64,000 nt of DNA from Alloascoidea hylecoeti (taxonomy: Eukaryota). Location: contig BCKZ01000008.1 in assembly GCA_001600815.1 (NCBI GenBank), positions 899,885-963,884 on the forward strand, in the 5' to 3' direction. Each line of letters opens with the position of its first letter. The first letter of the stretch is position 1. This document shows, one piece after another, positions 46,490 to 58,099 of this stretch. Under the pieces are notes generated by a model. That model was not told the origin of the DNA and did not search any database. It was given only the letters and a program-made list of their open reading frames with translations. The position numbers and the translations under genes were made by a program.

Positions 46490-47436
46490 TAGTAGGCTCT
46501 TACAATATAAAATTATGACTTCTATAATTATTATAGGCCTATATGAAAGAAAAGAATTGATTCACAAAACATCAGTTTCAATGGGTTCTACGCTATAGTA
46601 CTCTACCTCCACTCTTGGCATTACGGGCCTTGCTTTTGCCAAAGATCCATTACTCCGGTCACGAAAAATACTTCTGAGCGAACGTTCTATACCACCGATT
46701 CATTGCGTTTTACCGAATATCCATTTCAATTTCGAATTCTCAAATCACCGATAATTTGTCCGTACGATATCGAAATATTTGTTTCAACAGGGCTTCACTG
46801 TATATTATAGTCATTAATTCATCGATCATCGTCATTCGGCTGTCATAATAGAGTTAATTATAAAGCCTATAAAGATCGAATTCAACTAAATGTGAACTTA
46901 AAATAAAGATCATTAATTAAATAAATATAAATAAATAATGAAAAAATATAATTCTAAAAACTATTGACTATGAAGAATGAATAAAAATCATGAACAAAAT
47001 CAAAATATATAATATGAAAATTTAACAAACAGAGGTCAAAATAAATCATCAAAAGCTTGCAACCGTAACTGTAATTACAATTACAATTACTTGAGTTCAT
47101 TAATATTTCAATTGAACTCTCAAATAAATAATTAATCCACCTTCATAAGAAGGTGTTGATTGTTCTATAAATAAATATATATGTAAAGACGAATAAATAA
47201 TATAGTAGTGATAGTACTACAGTGAACTTAATCACAATTGTTGATAAATAAATAATAATAAATAATTAGGCAGTTTTAGTTGAGCCGCCTAAAGCTTAGA
47301 TATAACTTCAAGATCTTGGTATAACATTTGAATATTTCAACATAAAAAGCATGTCTCGTATGGTTTGATATTTTCACAATCTATGCTCCATTGAAACGTT
47401 TAAAAATAGTACCAATAGTATTAATATTGTTCACGT

Positions 47437-49203
47437 TTATTTATTTTTAGGTTGTTTCTTCTGCGGCTGAAATTTATAACTTGGATAAGCAACCTTATGA
47501 ATTTCTTTTTCCCAAAAACTTGCAAAATTTGAAAATTTCAATTTAATTTCTTCAAATTCTGTATTCCATAACAATGAAATCATTTGAGAGATTGACTGAT
47601 GATTTAATTTTGGAATATCAAGAATTATTGATGATTTTGGTTTAATATTTCCATTTCCATTTTCATTTTCATTTTCATTTTTTGAAGCATTATTTTGTAA
47701 TTGTTCTTCATAAATTGTAGATGATTGTGCAATGGCATAAATATAAGCGGCTTGTATTTGAAATTTTCTATATAACATGAAGGAATTCAATGGTCTTTTA
47801 ATATAATTTGGTCCTTTTCTTTTTTGTTTCTTTAATTGTGATGCACTCATAACAGAATGAGGTGGTTTATCAGATGCAGATCCATTATTAGAGCTTGAAG
47901 ATTCATCAAATCCTAATAAGCTTGGATGATAAACTTTCAATAAAGGATTTTCTAATCTGTTTTCATCTTCTTCATTTGTTAAGTTTTTACCCATGCTTGT
48001 ACCAATTTCTAACCAATTCTCATTGTTTTCATCTTCATTAACACACCATCTATCAACAACACCTAAACCAATTGAATTATTACCTTCTTTTGTTTTCAAT
48101 TGATCTGTGATACCATAATCAATTGCACGTAAAACCTTTTCTTTAATATTGGTTTGTTGAAATAAATTTAATACTTGATTAACATTATGCAAATTCATAT
48201 TTTTTGATTTTGCCAATGATCTGATTTTCATTAATCGATCTTCGGTAATTGGCGTTAACTTAATCCATTCAATGTGTTTTTTGTTAAATTTAGTTGGATC
48301 CTGCTCAGATAGAGATTGTATTTCATTATTCTTTCGTGAACGTAGGGTAGTCCTCCGAGTCTTTGCTGGCTGCAATCGTTTTGTGGTATTTGGAGAGCGC
48401 CCACGTGGTTTTAAGACCTTTGATTTTGATATTTTTGGATTTGTAGAATTCGGAAGTTTTAGATTTCGAATCTGTGATGCCACAATAGTCTTTTTAGATG
48501 ATCTTGTCCTAGGCCCTTTGCGAGATTCCTTACAAGTTTTGGGCATAGTGGTTGAATCATCCTCTATTTTAGCGGCCCGGTCAAGAACTAAATTTGAGTT
48601 TGTGCTCATAATATTTAAATCATCAATATATGCATCATTCATACTTGTATTAAATTCATCGGCACTACTAATGAACTTCTCAGGAGTACAACTAAACATT
48701 TCAAAAATGCCGATACTATTATTCTCATTATCATAAATGGAGGATTTATCATCCGTGAACCTTAAATTACTCATGTTCAGATCAAATTCGAGTGGATTAT
48801 CATCCTCAATCTCATTTTGCTGATCATCCCAAAGTCTTTGAATAGGGTCATCAGTGAGTCTCAGTTCGAACGGAAATGATTTATCACCTATTGTAAAAGA
48901 GTCCGAGGGAGATATCTGTGGACTTGTATGATTTGAAGTAGTTGCGGAATTAACATTAGTGGATAGTTGTGAGTTAATAGTACTCGGACTCAGAACCTGA
49001 TCGTAATCATTGTCGATGGGAGTTACAGATAAAGAGCTATTATAGTCCGGGAACTCGAAGTCTAGCGGAACAGAGGACGAGAAGGAGTAGGAGAAATCCA
49101 TTGAAGTCCAAGCCAAAAACCAGTGAAAGATGGCTAAAAAAAGTTGTGGAAAAGAAGTAAAAATATTAACAACGGGAACGGGAAATACAAAATCGGAAAA
49201 CAT
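47437..49203 (-). CDS. HMG-box transcription factor (MATA_HMG/Rox1/Ste11-like class)
   Basis: C-terminal IKRPLNSFMLYRK...ISQMISLLW...EKEIHKVAYPSYKFQPQKK, with a long insertion inside the box. The start may be the downstream ATG (MDFSYSF). Confidence 0.85.
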   Translation of the reverse strand: MFSDFVFPVPVVNIFTSFPQLFLAIFHWFLAWTSMDFSYSFSSSVPLDFEFPDYNSSLSVTPIDNDYDQVLSPSTINSQLSTNVNSATTSNHTSPQISPSDSFTIGDKSFPFELRLTDDPIQRLWDDQQNEIEDDNPLEFDLNMSNLRFTDDKSSIYDNENNSIGIFEMFSCTPEKFISSADEFNTSMNDAYIDDLNIMSTNSNLVLDRAAKIEDDSTTMPKTCKESRKGPRTRSSKKTIVASQIRNLKLPNSTNPKISKSKVLKPRGRSPNTTKRLQPAKTRRTTLRSRKNNEIQSLSEQDPTKFNKKHIEWIKLTPITEDRLMKIRSLAKSKNMNLHNVNQVLNLFQQTNIKEKVLRAIDYGITDQLKTKEGNNSIGLGVVDRWCVNEDENNENWLEIGTSMGKNLTNEEDENRLENPLLKVYHPSLLGFDESSSSNNGSASDKPPHSVMSASQLKKQKRKGPNYIKRPLNSFMLYRKFQIQAAYIYAIAQSSTIYEEQLQNNASKNENENENGNGNIKPKSSIILDIPKLNHQSISQMISLLWNTEFEEIKLKFSNFASFWEKEIHKVAYPSYKFQPQKKQPKNK

Positions 49204-50204
49204 TGTACGCTATGGTTAACCTACTTTATTGTACAGAAACGAATGACAGCCCCACATCACCGGGTCTTTGTTGCAATAACCGTATTATTTCCGCAGGTCA
49301 CTTATTAACTCCACACCGCAGTCGGGCTAACTGCATAATTTATTCCGTTACGCGATTTGACCCAACGTTTTTCCGGCGACTACCGTATCTCTATTTTAAA
49401 ACATTAATTTATTATAATTAATCTACTGATCAAATGTCATAAAACAGAACAAAAACAGAATTAGTTATTATAAATGAAAATGATCGAATAAAAACAAACA
49501 TGAATATATATATAATAGGAATTCGAATGAAAAAAAATTGATACGTTGAGAGAAATTCTTATAAAGTAAAAATAAACTTAAGAAAATGTATGTCTCAATA
49601 AATATATTTGTGCTTTCCTTTTGTAGATCTTTTATTAAACAAAAAGGTAGTATATAAAATAAAATGAATTAATTAAATTAAAAAACGAATGAATATGAAA
49701 TACACAAATGAATTTATAGATAAATGAAAATTAATAAAATGAATGATTGAATGATAAAACCAAAAATTTCGTTTATAAACTTGCAATTGTGTGTGAATGA
49801 AATGTAAAACAAATCGAAAAACAACCAAAAATTGATATAAAATATATCAAATTTATAACTAATGATTTAGTTTTTTTTTCTCCTTTTCCACCCCCAAAGA
49901 AAAATATGAGGCGAAGGAAAAAGTATGTAAAAAATGTATTATATATAAAAAAAAGAAAATAAAGTGAATTAAAGCAAAAATATAATTCAAATGAAATGGA
50001 ATGGTTATGACAAATTGACAACGTGTCATGCAAATCTATGTATAAAAATTCATATTGTTTTTCCTTTCAATATAGTAAAATCAAAAAATCAATGATGAAT
50101 ATTCAATTTTTTTTTGTTCAATCAATTATAACCGAGAAAATATGTATATGAGTTTGAACAAAACCCCTCTTTAATATTTTTCCCTGTATCAACCTTAAAG
50201 GATA

Positions 50205-53200
50205 TTATAAATGCAAATCTCCTAAAATCTTGCTCGCCAATTCTTTATAAGTCCATGTGTTACCAATAACTTTCTTAAATTGAACACCATATAAATTAAC
50301 CAATGGTACTTTAACAATATGAACCTCAAATTGAACAGGTGTTCTTTTATATGTGTTAGGTAATGGTGGTACATTTTGACTTGATGGATTGTTACCATTA
50401 TTGATCCAAGCATGTTTTCTGTAATCATAACGTGATCCCAGCATATCACTACCACCAGGAAATGCGCCAACAGATTCAATTGATTGATATGATTCATCAG
50501 GATATGCTGATGGAAAATCCGTAGTATTTGTAGTATTCGTAGATCCATTTCCTTTTCTTTTAAAAATACTGGATCCAATTGAAAATCTTCTTTTATGCGA
50601 TGTTGTTCTACTAAGTGAAATTTGGGGTGATTTTGTTGGATCATTAACCGCTGCACTACTTGGATGTAATTTGTTTGAATCATCATCTCCTTCAGCATTG
50701 TTGTTATTGTTATTGTTGTTATTGTTGCTATTATCCTTATCCTTATCATTATCATTATCATCATCATTACCATCAGTTGAAATAGATTGTGCTAATGTAC
50801 CACTTGTAGTTGTTGAAGCAGTAGAAGCTGATTGTTGTGGTGGTTGTTGAATATGCAAAGGTTGTTGATGCTGTGATTGTGATTTTTGTTGCTGATAATT
50901 TAAATGTTCAGGTGTATAGGTACAAGTAAATCCACCTTTAACTTCATTAAATTTAACACCTAATCCAGTTAAAACTTGTATAATATCCTTACGAATTACA
51001 ACAAGTGGTTTAGTTGATGTAGTTTGAACACTGAAAAATCCTTTCAAAAATACTTGTTTTGGATATTCAATTGATAACATATTATTGGATGCTGTACTAA
51101 TACCACTTGCACCAGTAGCAACAGAATTTGTAGTATTCATTGTTCCAACAGATTCTTTTGTATTTAATGACATTGCTTCTTGATATGCCTCGTTCTTAGA
51201 AGGAATACTAGGACTATTACTAGTAGCTGATTGTGGAGTTGAAGGAACTGCTCTTCTATTCTTAGAATAATTGACACTTTTAGCTCTAGCATTAGGATGG
51301 AATTTCCTATCTTTAGTCTTCGGTTGTTGTTGTTGAATAGCTGATGATTGAACTGGCATAGGAACTTGTACTACTGGTGATGGAGGTGCTTTCATAGCAC
51401 CATCAAAAGCAATTGGATTAATTGAATGACTTCTGGTATGCAATCTTTTACCTGAACTTGGTGAATATCCTAATTGTGGAGTATTAGGAGCACGCACACT
51501 TTGTCCTCGTTTAGAAAGGTTTAATCCAGGAGTACTAGTTGAAGTTGAACCTGTTGTATGAACACTTGTAGTTGTTGTTGTTGGATCAGAATTTTTATCT
51601 TTCAAACTTGTTTCTTCAGCATCATTAGGACTTAAATATTTAGGCGCTGGAATAACAGCTGGCATTTGAGGTACAGGAGGTAATGGAGATTTTGGAATAA
51701 ATTGTCTATTTCTCCCACCCATTCCAGGACTATTAGATCCAATACTTGCATTTGGACTTGGCATATTTGGAGTTTCATTGGAAACATTTGATAATGGTAA
51801 TTCATCTTTGATAGTATTTGAATCTTTTGTTTTTCTTCTATTGCTAAGACGACGAAATAAGGAACCAAATGATGATGTACCATTCACAGAATGTGAATGA
51901 GTATGTCCATGAGGACGGGATTGTGTATACGAATTTGATTGTTGTTGCTGCTGTCCTTGAGGTTTCTTAAATTGTAATGGCAATGTATTAACGGGTGGCT
52001 GTGCTTGTTTTTGTTCATGAGCTTTTGAAGCAGGGGCACCAAATACAAATTGAGTGCGTGGATCATAATCAGCATTACTTTGACTTTGAGCCCTTGCTCG
52101 GCGACCAACAACCTGTCCAGTAGTTGAAGTTGAAGTAGCAGCTGTACTCGCTGATGCTCCTATATTACTAGAACTAGGAGACGGTGCAACTTGATTAGTA
52201 GAAGTTGATGTAAAGCTCTGAGCGGGTCTAGGTGAGTTATTATTACTAGAAGGAACATTGCTTGGTACTGGTGGTATTGGGAAATCGGGTGGGCCTGATA
52301 CAGGAGCAGTTAGAGGACCAGTATTTCTATTCGGAGTTCCAGGAATTGAAAGTTTCGGTAAAGGTGGTATTCTTGGACTAACAAGTGGAGGAACATGAGG
52401 TGATCCATTAGGTAATGGTGGGACCATAGACGGCGCTTTATACGGAGGAGGTGAAAACGTTTGGGCCATCATAGGGGCAGCAGAAACAGAGCGCTTATGA
52501 GCCTTAAGTGGAGCCACTGCATTCGGTTGTCTTTCCTGTTGTTGCTGTTGTTGTTGTTGTTGTTGTTGTTGTTGCTGCTGCTGTTGTTGTTGTTGTTGTT
52601 GCAAAACTTGCTGCTGTTGTTCATATCTTTCAGTACTTTGACTCAATATGTTTTCTTGCTCCATTCGTTCTGCTCTTTCCTGTCTCTCTTTCAATTGATT
52701 CTGTTCTTGTTTTCGGTCCCTTTCTTGTTTTTCACGAACAAGGTTATAAACCGAAATCAAAGGATGATATGCAATTGTCGGATCGGGTAATTTGTTTACA
52801 CTTAAAGATGAGGATGAACTTAAAATTGCAGATTGTTGAATTGGATTATAATAATCCATATCAGCATCTACATCATCAACAATATCATCATCATGATGAT
52901 GGTCATGAAAGTGAAATTGAGAATTATTATTTGATAGAGCAGAATGATTTAAAAACTTTTCCCTAAAAATATCCAATTGTCTTGATGACATTGAAGGATT
53001 ATTATCTTGCTGTTGTTCCATATATTTTTCATCATACCAATGTTCAACAGATGCTAAATATTCATCACTTGTTAAAACATTTTCTAAATCTCTGGTTATT
53101 TTTTCTTCATTACCAAAATTAAAACCAGTCATTCCTTTAATAACATCAGTATCTAAAGGTAACATCAAAGGTTCTCTTTCTGGGATGTAAGAATCTGGGA

Positions 53201-54506
53201 TTCCATTGTATCCTTTATTCATCCAAGGATGATGCATAACTTCCTGTAATGTAGCTCTTGACTTTCGATCGACAACCAACATTCTTGAAAGTAATGATAT
53301 GCATTCTTTAGATAAAAATTCTGGATAATCAACTTTACCTGCTTTAATTTTTGAGTGTAAAACAGGAACAGATTGATCATCAAAGGGAACTTTACCACAA
53401 ACTAAAACAAATAAAACAATTCCAAAACTCCAAACATCAACTTCAGGACCAGTATATGGTTGAGCAGATAACAATTCAGGAGCAGCAAAATATAAAGAAC
53501 CACAAAAAGTTTTCAATAAAGCATTTGGTTTAAATAGATTAGATAAACCAAAATCAATAATTTTAATATCACCATTTTTATTAATTAGAATATTTTCAAT
53601 TTTTAAATCACGATGTACAATTGAATGAGCATGACAATAATTAAGAGCAGAAGAAATAGATCTTGCAAATTTTCGAGCTTGTTTTTCTTTTAAAGAACCA
53701 TGAGAAACGATGTAGTCTAACATCTGTCCACCACTAACGTATTCAAAAACCATGTAAAAATGATTCGTCATGGGGACCATTTGATATAAATTGCATATAT
53801 ACTTATGATTAAGTAGTTTTCCAATGGCCGCCTCTCTAATCGTTCTACGATCTCTTGATTCTTCTTTTTCTAGTTCTTTTTGACGTTTTTCAGCAGCTTG
53901 TCTGTCTTGAGGAGGTTGTTGATGTTCACGTAGATATATATGCACGGCACGTGGAATGATTTTCACGGCGCAGTATTCAGTTGTGTTCCGATTACAGGCC
54001 AATTTAACTTTACCCATTGAGCCGGCACCAATTGTCTTGACAAAATCCCATTCACCGATGGATTTACGATGGAATGGAGCATTCTTCTTGGGAGTCTGTG
54101 CCTGCTGGGGTATCGGAGGAGTTTGTTGATGTGATTGAGCCTGAGCTTGAGCCTGTGCCTGCTGGGCCTGGGCTTGGGCTTGGGCCTGGGCTTGAGCGGC
54201 CTGTGCCATTTGGAGCTGTTGCTGGGTCATCTTGGGAGTAGGGTGAGGGATCATGGACTGCTGGACTGGACGAGGGAGGGGCGGAGTGGCCATCTGCTGG
54301 GCTCTTGGGGAATGTACAGAGGAGGCTCTAACTCTGGTTGGAGGGGATCTTTTCAGGGAGCGAGTGCGTGGCGGAGGAGGGGCTGCGGGCTGCTGGGCGA
54401 GCCGGGGGGAGGGCGAGGGGGCGGGAGCGAAGGCCGGATAGCTGAGGTACTGCCCTTGGCGAATGGTGGGCACGTGATCCATTCCTGGCTCTGTTCCTGA
54501 CTGCAT
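50205..54506 (-). CDS. KIN1: Ser/Thr kinase Kin1/Kin2 (MARK/PAR-1 family) with C-terminal KA1 domain
   Basis: Motifs IGAGSMGKVK, HRDLKIEN, IDFG and TFCGSLYFAAPE; C-terminal FLKGFFSVQTTSTK...GVQFKKVIGNTWTYK. First in-frame ATG at 54506. Confidence 0.95.
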   Translation of the reverse strand: MQSGTEPGMDHVPTIRQGQYLSYPAFAPAPSPSPRLAQQPAAPPPPRTRSLKRSPPTRVRASSVHSPRAQQMATPPLPRPVQQSMIPHPTPKMTQQQLQMAQAAQAQAQAQAQAQQAQAQAQAQSHQQTPPIPQQAQTPKKNAPFHRKSIGEWDFVKTIGAGSMGKVKLACNRNTTEYCAVKIIPRAVHIYLREHQQPPQDRQAAEKRQKELEKEESRDRRTIREAAIGKLLNHKYICNLYQMVPMTNHFYMVFEYVSGGQMLDYIVSHGSLKEKQARKFARSISSALNYCHAHSIVHRDLKIENILINKNGDIKIIDFGLSNLFKPNALLKTFCGSLYFAAPELLSAQPYTGPEVDVWSFGIVLFVLVCGKVPFDDQSVPVLHSKIKAGKVDYPEFLSKECISLLSRMLVVDRKSRATLQEVMHHPWMNKGYNGIPDSYIPEREPLMLPLDTDVIKGMTGFNFGNEEKITRDLENVLTSDEYLASVEHWYDEKYMEQQQDNNPSMSSRQLDIFREKFLNHSALSNNNSQFHFHDHHHDDDIVDDVDADMDYYNPIQQSAILSSSSSLSVNKLPDPTIAYHPLISVYNLVREKQERDRKQEQNQLKERQERAERMEQENILSQSTERYEQQQQVLQQQQQQQQQQQQQQQQQQQQQQERQPNAVAPLKAHKRSVSAAPMMAQTFSPPPYKAPSMVPPLPNGSPHVPPLVSPRIPPLPKLSIPGTPNRNTGPLTAPVSGPPDFPIPPVPSNVPSSNNNSPRPAQSFTSTSTNQVAPSPSSSNIGASASTAATSTSTTGQVVGRRARAQSQSNADYDPRTQFVFGAPASKAHEQKQAQPPVNTLPLQFKKPQGQQQQQSNSYTQSRPHGHTHSHSVNGTSSFGSLFRRLSNRRKTKDSNTIKDELPLSNVSNETPNMPSPNASIGSNSPGMGGRNRQFIPKSPLPPVPQMPAVIPAPKYLSPNDAEETSLKDKNSDPTTTTTSVHTTGSTSTSTPGLNLSKRGQSVRAPNTPQLGYSPSSGKRLHTRSHSINPIAFDGAMKAPPSPVVQVPMPVQSSAIQQQQPKTKDRKFHPNARAKSVNYSKNRRAVPSTPQSATSNSPSIPSKNEAYQEAMSLNTKESVGTMNTTNSVATGASGISTASNNMLSIEYPKQVFLKGFFSVQTTSTKPLVVIRKDIIQVLTGLGVKFNEVKGGFTCTYTPEHLNYQQQKSQSQHQQPLHIQQPPQQSASTASTTTSGTLAQSISTDGNDDDNDNDKDKDNSNNNNNNNNNNAEGDDDSNKLHPSSAAVNDPTKSPQISLSRTTSHKRRFSIGSSIFKRKGNGSTNTTNTTDFPSAYPDESYQSIESVGAFPGGSDMLGSRYDYRKHAWINNGNNPSSQNVPPLPNTYKRTPVQFEVHIVKVPLVNLYGVQFKKVIGNTWTYKELASKILGDLHL

Positions 54507-54631
54507 TGATGTCAAACTGTGGGATTTTTTGAATGGCAGAGATCGTAATACTAATGGAGTTTGGGTTTGCCGTTCCCAAACCTACGCAGAACTGTAAATG
54601 TCAGCACATACTCTAGTACATGTTAATTTCT

Positions 54632-56005
54632 CTATATATCTAGCAGGCTGCTCAACTGCTCGTTGTTCGCTCGTAGTTGCTCAATGTAATCGGCCACGTG
54701 GTTGAGCACGGCGCATTTCGACTGGCTGCCCATCTTCCCTCGTCCTACTGCCGGGCTGGTTAGCCGGCAAAGCGTCTCGAATTGTGATTTGATTGCACAC
54801 CTCCGTCGTTTTTCACTTAAAATATGGTTCCGTCGTTTTTGATCTTCTGATAGATATTCCCGTTTATTGTTCTTAAGCTTCCTCCCCTCTTCTATATCCG
54901 TGTCCTGCGATCCTGACCTGGCATCGTCCTCATAGTTAACCTTCCTGGACTCAACGGTTAACCCGTTAACGTTCATGGCCATTCTGGTTTGTATATCCAT
55001 GCTCGTTTTCATATCCAATAAGTTTAAAGTGTCCATACTAGCATCCAAATGAACCGATGAGGACCTCGGATTAATTGGTTTCATCATAATATCTTGAGTA
55101 AATTCATCCTTTTGGACATTAAATTTTAAATTCTCCCGTCTTTCTTTTAACGCTTTTTCTGTCAATGGAAATAAATCCGTTGCACTAATAACTGTTGCTA
55201 TCCTAGGACTCCTAGTTCTTGCAGGTGGTGAATTACTTCTCAATTTAAATCCAGAAGAGGAAAATGATTCATCTGTTCCAAAATTTAATGCTATAGTTGG
55301 ATTTAATATTTTATAATCAAAATCAGAATCAAAATCTGTAATTACACTATCTTTATTACTTGATCCACTTAAACAACTACTTGCAACAGATTCGATTTCA
55401 CTCATATTTAAATCTCCATCTTCTTCTTTTATAGCTATTGTTGATTGTCTTAAATTTGTTTGTTCATGTGTCCTTTGATTTTGTTCAACATTTGAAAAAA
55501 ATTTAGAAAATTCTCTAGCTTCTTCATTACTAAGTAATGGTTCACCAAAAAAATGAATATCTTTATTTTTTGCCCTATTATTTGTATAATAATGATCTCT
55601 ACTCATCATAAAAATGTTTAGTTGTTGAGAAACCAAATTTGGTGATCCAATAGTATTATTAATTTTTGAATCTATTAATATTTTATTCTTATCTTCCATC
55701 TTTGTGTTATTTGAGTTGTTTAAATCTGACCTGGAATTCAAATCCAATTTTGTAGTAGGTTGTTTTAAATTGATTGACGTTTCATTTAACAATTTTTGAT
55801 TATTGGAATTTCTAGATTCACTCTTATCTATCCTTCTTCTATTTTCAAAATCATCAAACTCTTGTTTTAATTTATTGATTTGTAATAGATTTTCACCTTT
55901 ATTTAAATCATCATATTCTTGTCTAAATAGATTTAAATCCATTAGTATATCATAAGCTGCTTCGAAATCATGAGTTGCTGTTATTAAATAATTATTAAGG
56001 TCCAT
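54632..56005 (-). CDS. bHLH transcription factor, Ino2/Yas1-like
   Basis: C-terminal LSEDQKRRNHILSEKRRRCAIKSQFETLC...SKCAVLNHVADYIEQL. First ATG at 56005. Confidence 0.8.
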   Translation of the reverse strand: MDLNNYLITATHDFEAAYDILMDLNLFRQEYDDLNKGENLLQINKLKQEFDDFENRRRIDKSESRNSNNQKLLNETSINLKQPTTKLDLNSRSDLNNSNNTKMEDKNKILIDSKINNTIGSPNLVSQQLNIFMMSRDHYYTNNRAKNKDIHFFGEPLLSNEEAREFSKFFSNVEQNQRTHEQTNLRQSTIAIKEEDGDLNMSEIESVASSCLSGSSNKDSVITDFDSDFDYKILNPTIALNFGTDESFSSSGFKLRSNSPPARTRSPRIATVISATDLFPLTEKALKERRENLKFNVQKDEFTQDIMMKPINPRSSSVHLDASMDTLNLLDMKTSMDIQTRMAMNVNGLTVESRKVNYEDDARSGSQDTDIEEGRKLKNNKREYLSEDQKRRNHILSEKRRRCAIKSQFETLCRLTSPAVGRGKMGSQSKCAVLNHVADYIEQLRANNEQLSSLLDI

Positions 56006-58099
56006 ATTGTCTGTATTGATGTTGGAAGTATTGGTATAGTAATATAATTGAAATCCCAAAAGGTTATAAGTATAAAGTAAAGAAGAAAAAGAAATATAAT
56101 GGAGAAAAGGAAAATAAAAATAAACAAAATTGTGGGGAACAAATAAAGAAAATAGTTGCCGAGATCAATTTTAAGATATCCTAATCGTATGTGGGTCTAC
56201 TACCAAAAGACGCACGAGCGCCATCTTTACTATATAAAAATGCATGATATCTGCATATGTGTATTTAAGGTTTAAGTTTTTACTGATACTAGTAGATTAT
56301 ATTCAATCATTATATGATCTTATATTACCTTTTATTACCAATTGCAGGATCCAATGGTTTAAAATATACTTGAATAGCTCTATATTATTTAATGCGGAGC
56401 TATATTATCCTAAGAACAAAATGTTGTAATGCAAAACACATGTGTAGATCTAAAGTTCTTTTCTTGAAAGATCACAATATCAGTAATTTCAATGATAACT
56501 TAAAGTTTAATTATCCTCACGATCATTGTGTAGCCGCCTAATTATTATTATAAGACAAAAAATAAATGTCAATTGAAAAATCAGCTTAAAGTTTTTACAT
56601 TGTATTAATCTGACCTCATCTAGATAATGATTATTTAATCGATCTTCAGTTGGTAATGTTTCCAACTTTCCATCAATTTAAAATTCTCTGTGAATGAAGT
56701 GGCTACAGGGGTTTCAACCTTATTGAACTTAATCAACTTTAGTGTGCTGTACCTATCTCTATATAATCAATAACAAATTTCATGTCTATGATTAAGTTTA
56801 TTACATTTACACCTTAATTATTTTAATTCATTGATGATATAAAGAAAAATAAAAGTGAAGAGATATCCAGTTTATATATTGATGACTTAGAGCGACAATA
56901 AAGATAATAATGAATACTGTGTCTATTTAAAAGAAAGCAAACTAATGAAGTAATCAAATACTCGACGAAGTTACCCTGATTCTCTTAAAGTATCAACCTA
57001 AAACCTCAAACTATATGGTGGGCATAAACGGCAAAGTAATATCATTACCGTAAGCGCTATAATAATCTCTATACTATAGATTACAAACACTCAGGAATCA
57101 AGATAAATGATATAACGATAATTATATTACATGTGATACCTTTCTTTCACAAGATTTTTAATTATCAAATTAGATCAATAATTAAATAACATATGATACT
57201 TTTTATGCGTTTATCATTCAATGCAAATAATATAACGATACGCAGTTTCAATTTGGAAATTGATTATTATTATTATCTATTATTGACGTTTTTGGACAAT
57301 GCATATGTGGGGTACATAATTTCTATTAATGATCATGAACTTGAAATAAATATCTAATTATCGAAATTGCTAAATTTATCTTAACAATACGGATCTATAA
57401 TAAAGGATAAAATTCATATTTAACTCCAATAACGTCCAATAAAAAGAACATTTCAATTACAAATGCAATCTTGGAGTTGGGCCAAGCTTAAAGATGTATG
57501 GGCCCACGTATCTCGAAATTATACGAACGCACCCCACTTGGGTTAATTATAATTTTTAATTATAAACTTGACGAAAGTTCAAAGTAGTAAAATTATAATT
57601 AATAACTTAAGATAACTGAAATGGAGAAATATCGCAATATTGATGATGAAAATTTCCATGCTATGTTACCATTTTTCTATAAACTTTTTTTGCAATTGCA
57701 TCCAAGGTTAAGGAAAATATTAAGTACTAGTGCCCTAATTAGAATATAAATCATATAGCGGAAGAGTAATTAACTTGTTCTCCGAAAAATCAATACCCAA
57801 TTTAAATTGTTATACACTAATTATGGACCGCGGTGAACGTTGATCTAAATCCATTTTTACACGGTTTTAAAGTGGAAACAAACTTTACAGTATAAAGGGT
57901 GCAGTGTATTTATTAGACATTTGGTCATATTTCACATTATATCTGACACTAACTGTATAATATAAGGGATGTATTGTTACTAACCGCCCAAAAATAAGTG
58001 TTCACTAAAACAACTACCAACATCACCAAAACGTATGAATTCACTGGATATTCTGTAATCATATAAACTGATTATCCTAATGCATTTGTCTGACATATT

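Noticed and set aside
46786..46801. Orphan TA-CAGTGAAGCCCTG TIR-like end (similar TA-CAGT starts near 9389, 11358 and 47218)
   Set aside because: No partner TIR in the correct orientation could be identified.
47437..49203. HMG gene as the mating-type locus
   Set aside because: Much longer than typical MATa2, and none of the usual MAT-flanking genes is present.
57640..57670. TGATGA followed by TTCCATGCTA, resembling the snR53 C/D guide
   Set aside because: No D' box at the required spacing and no terminal CTGA nearby.
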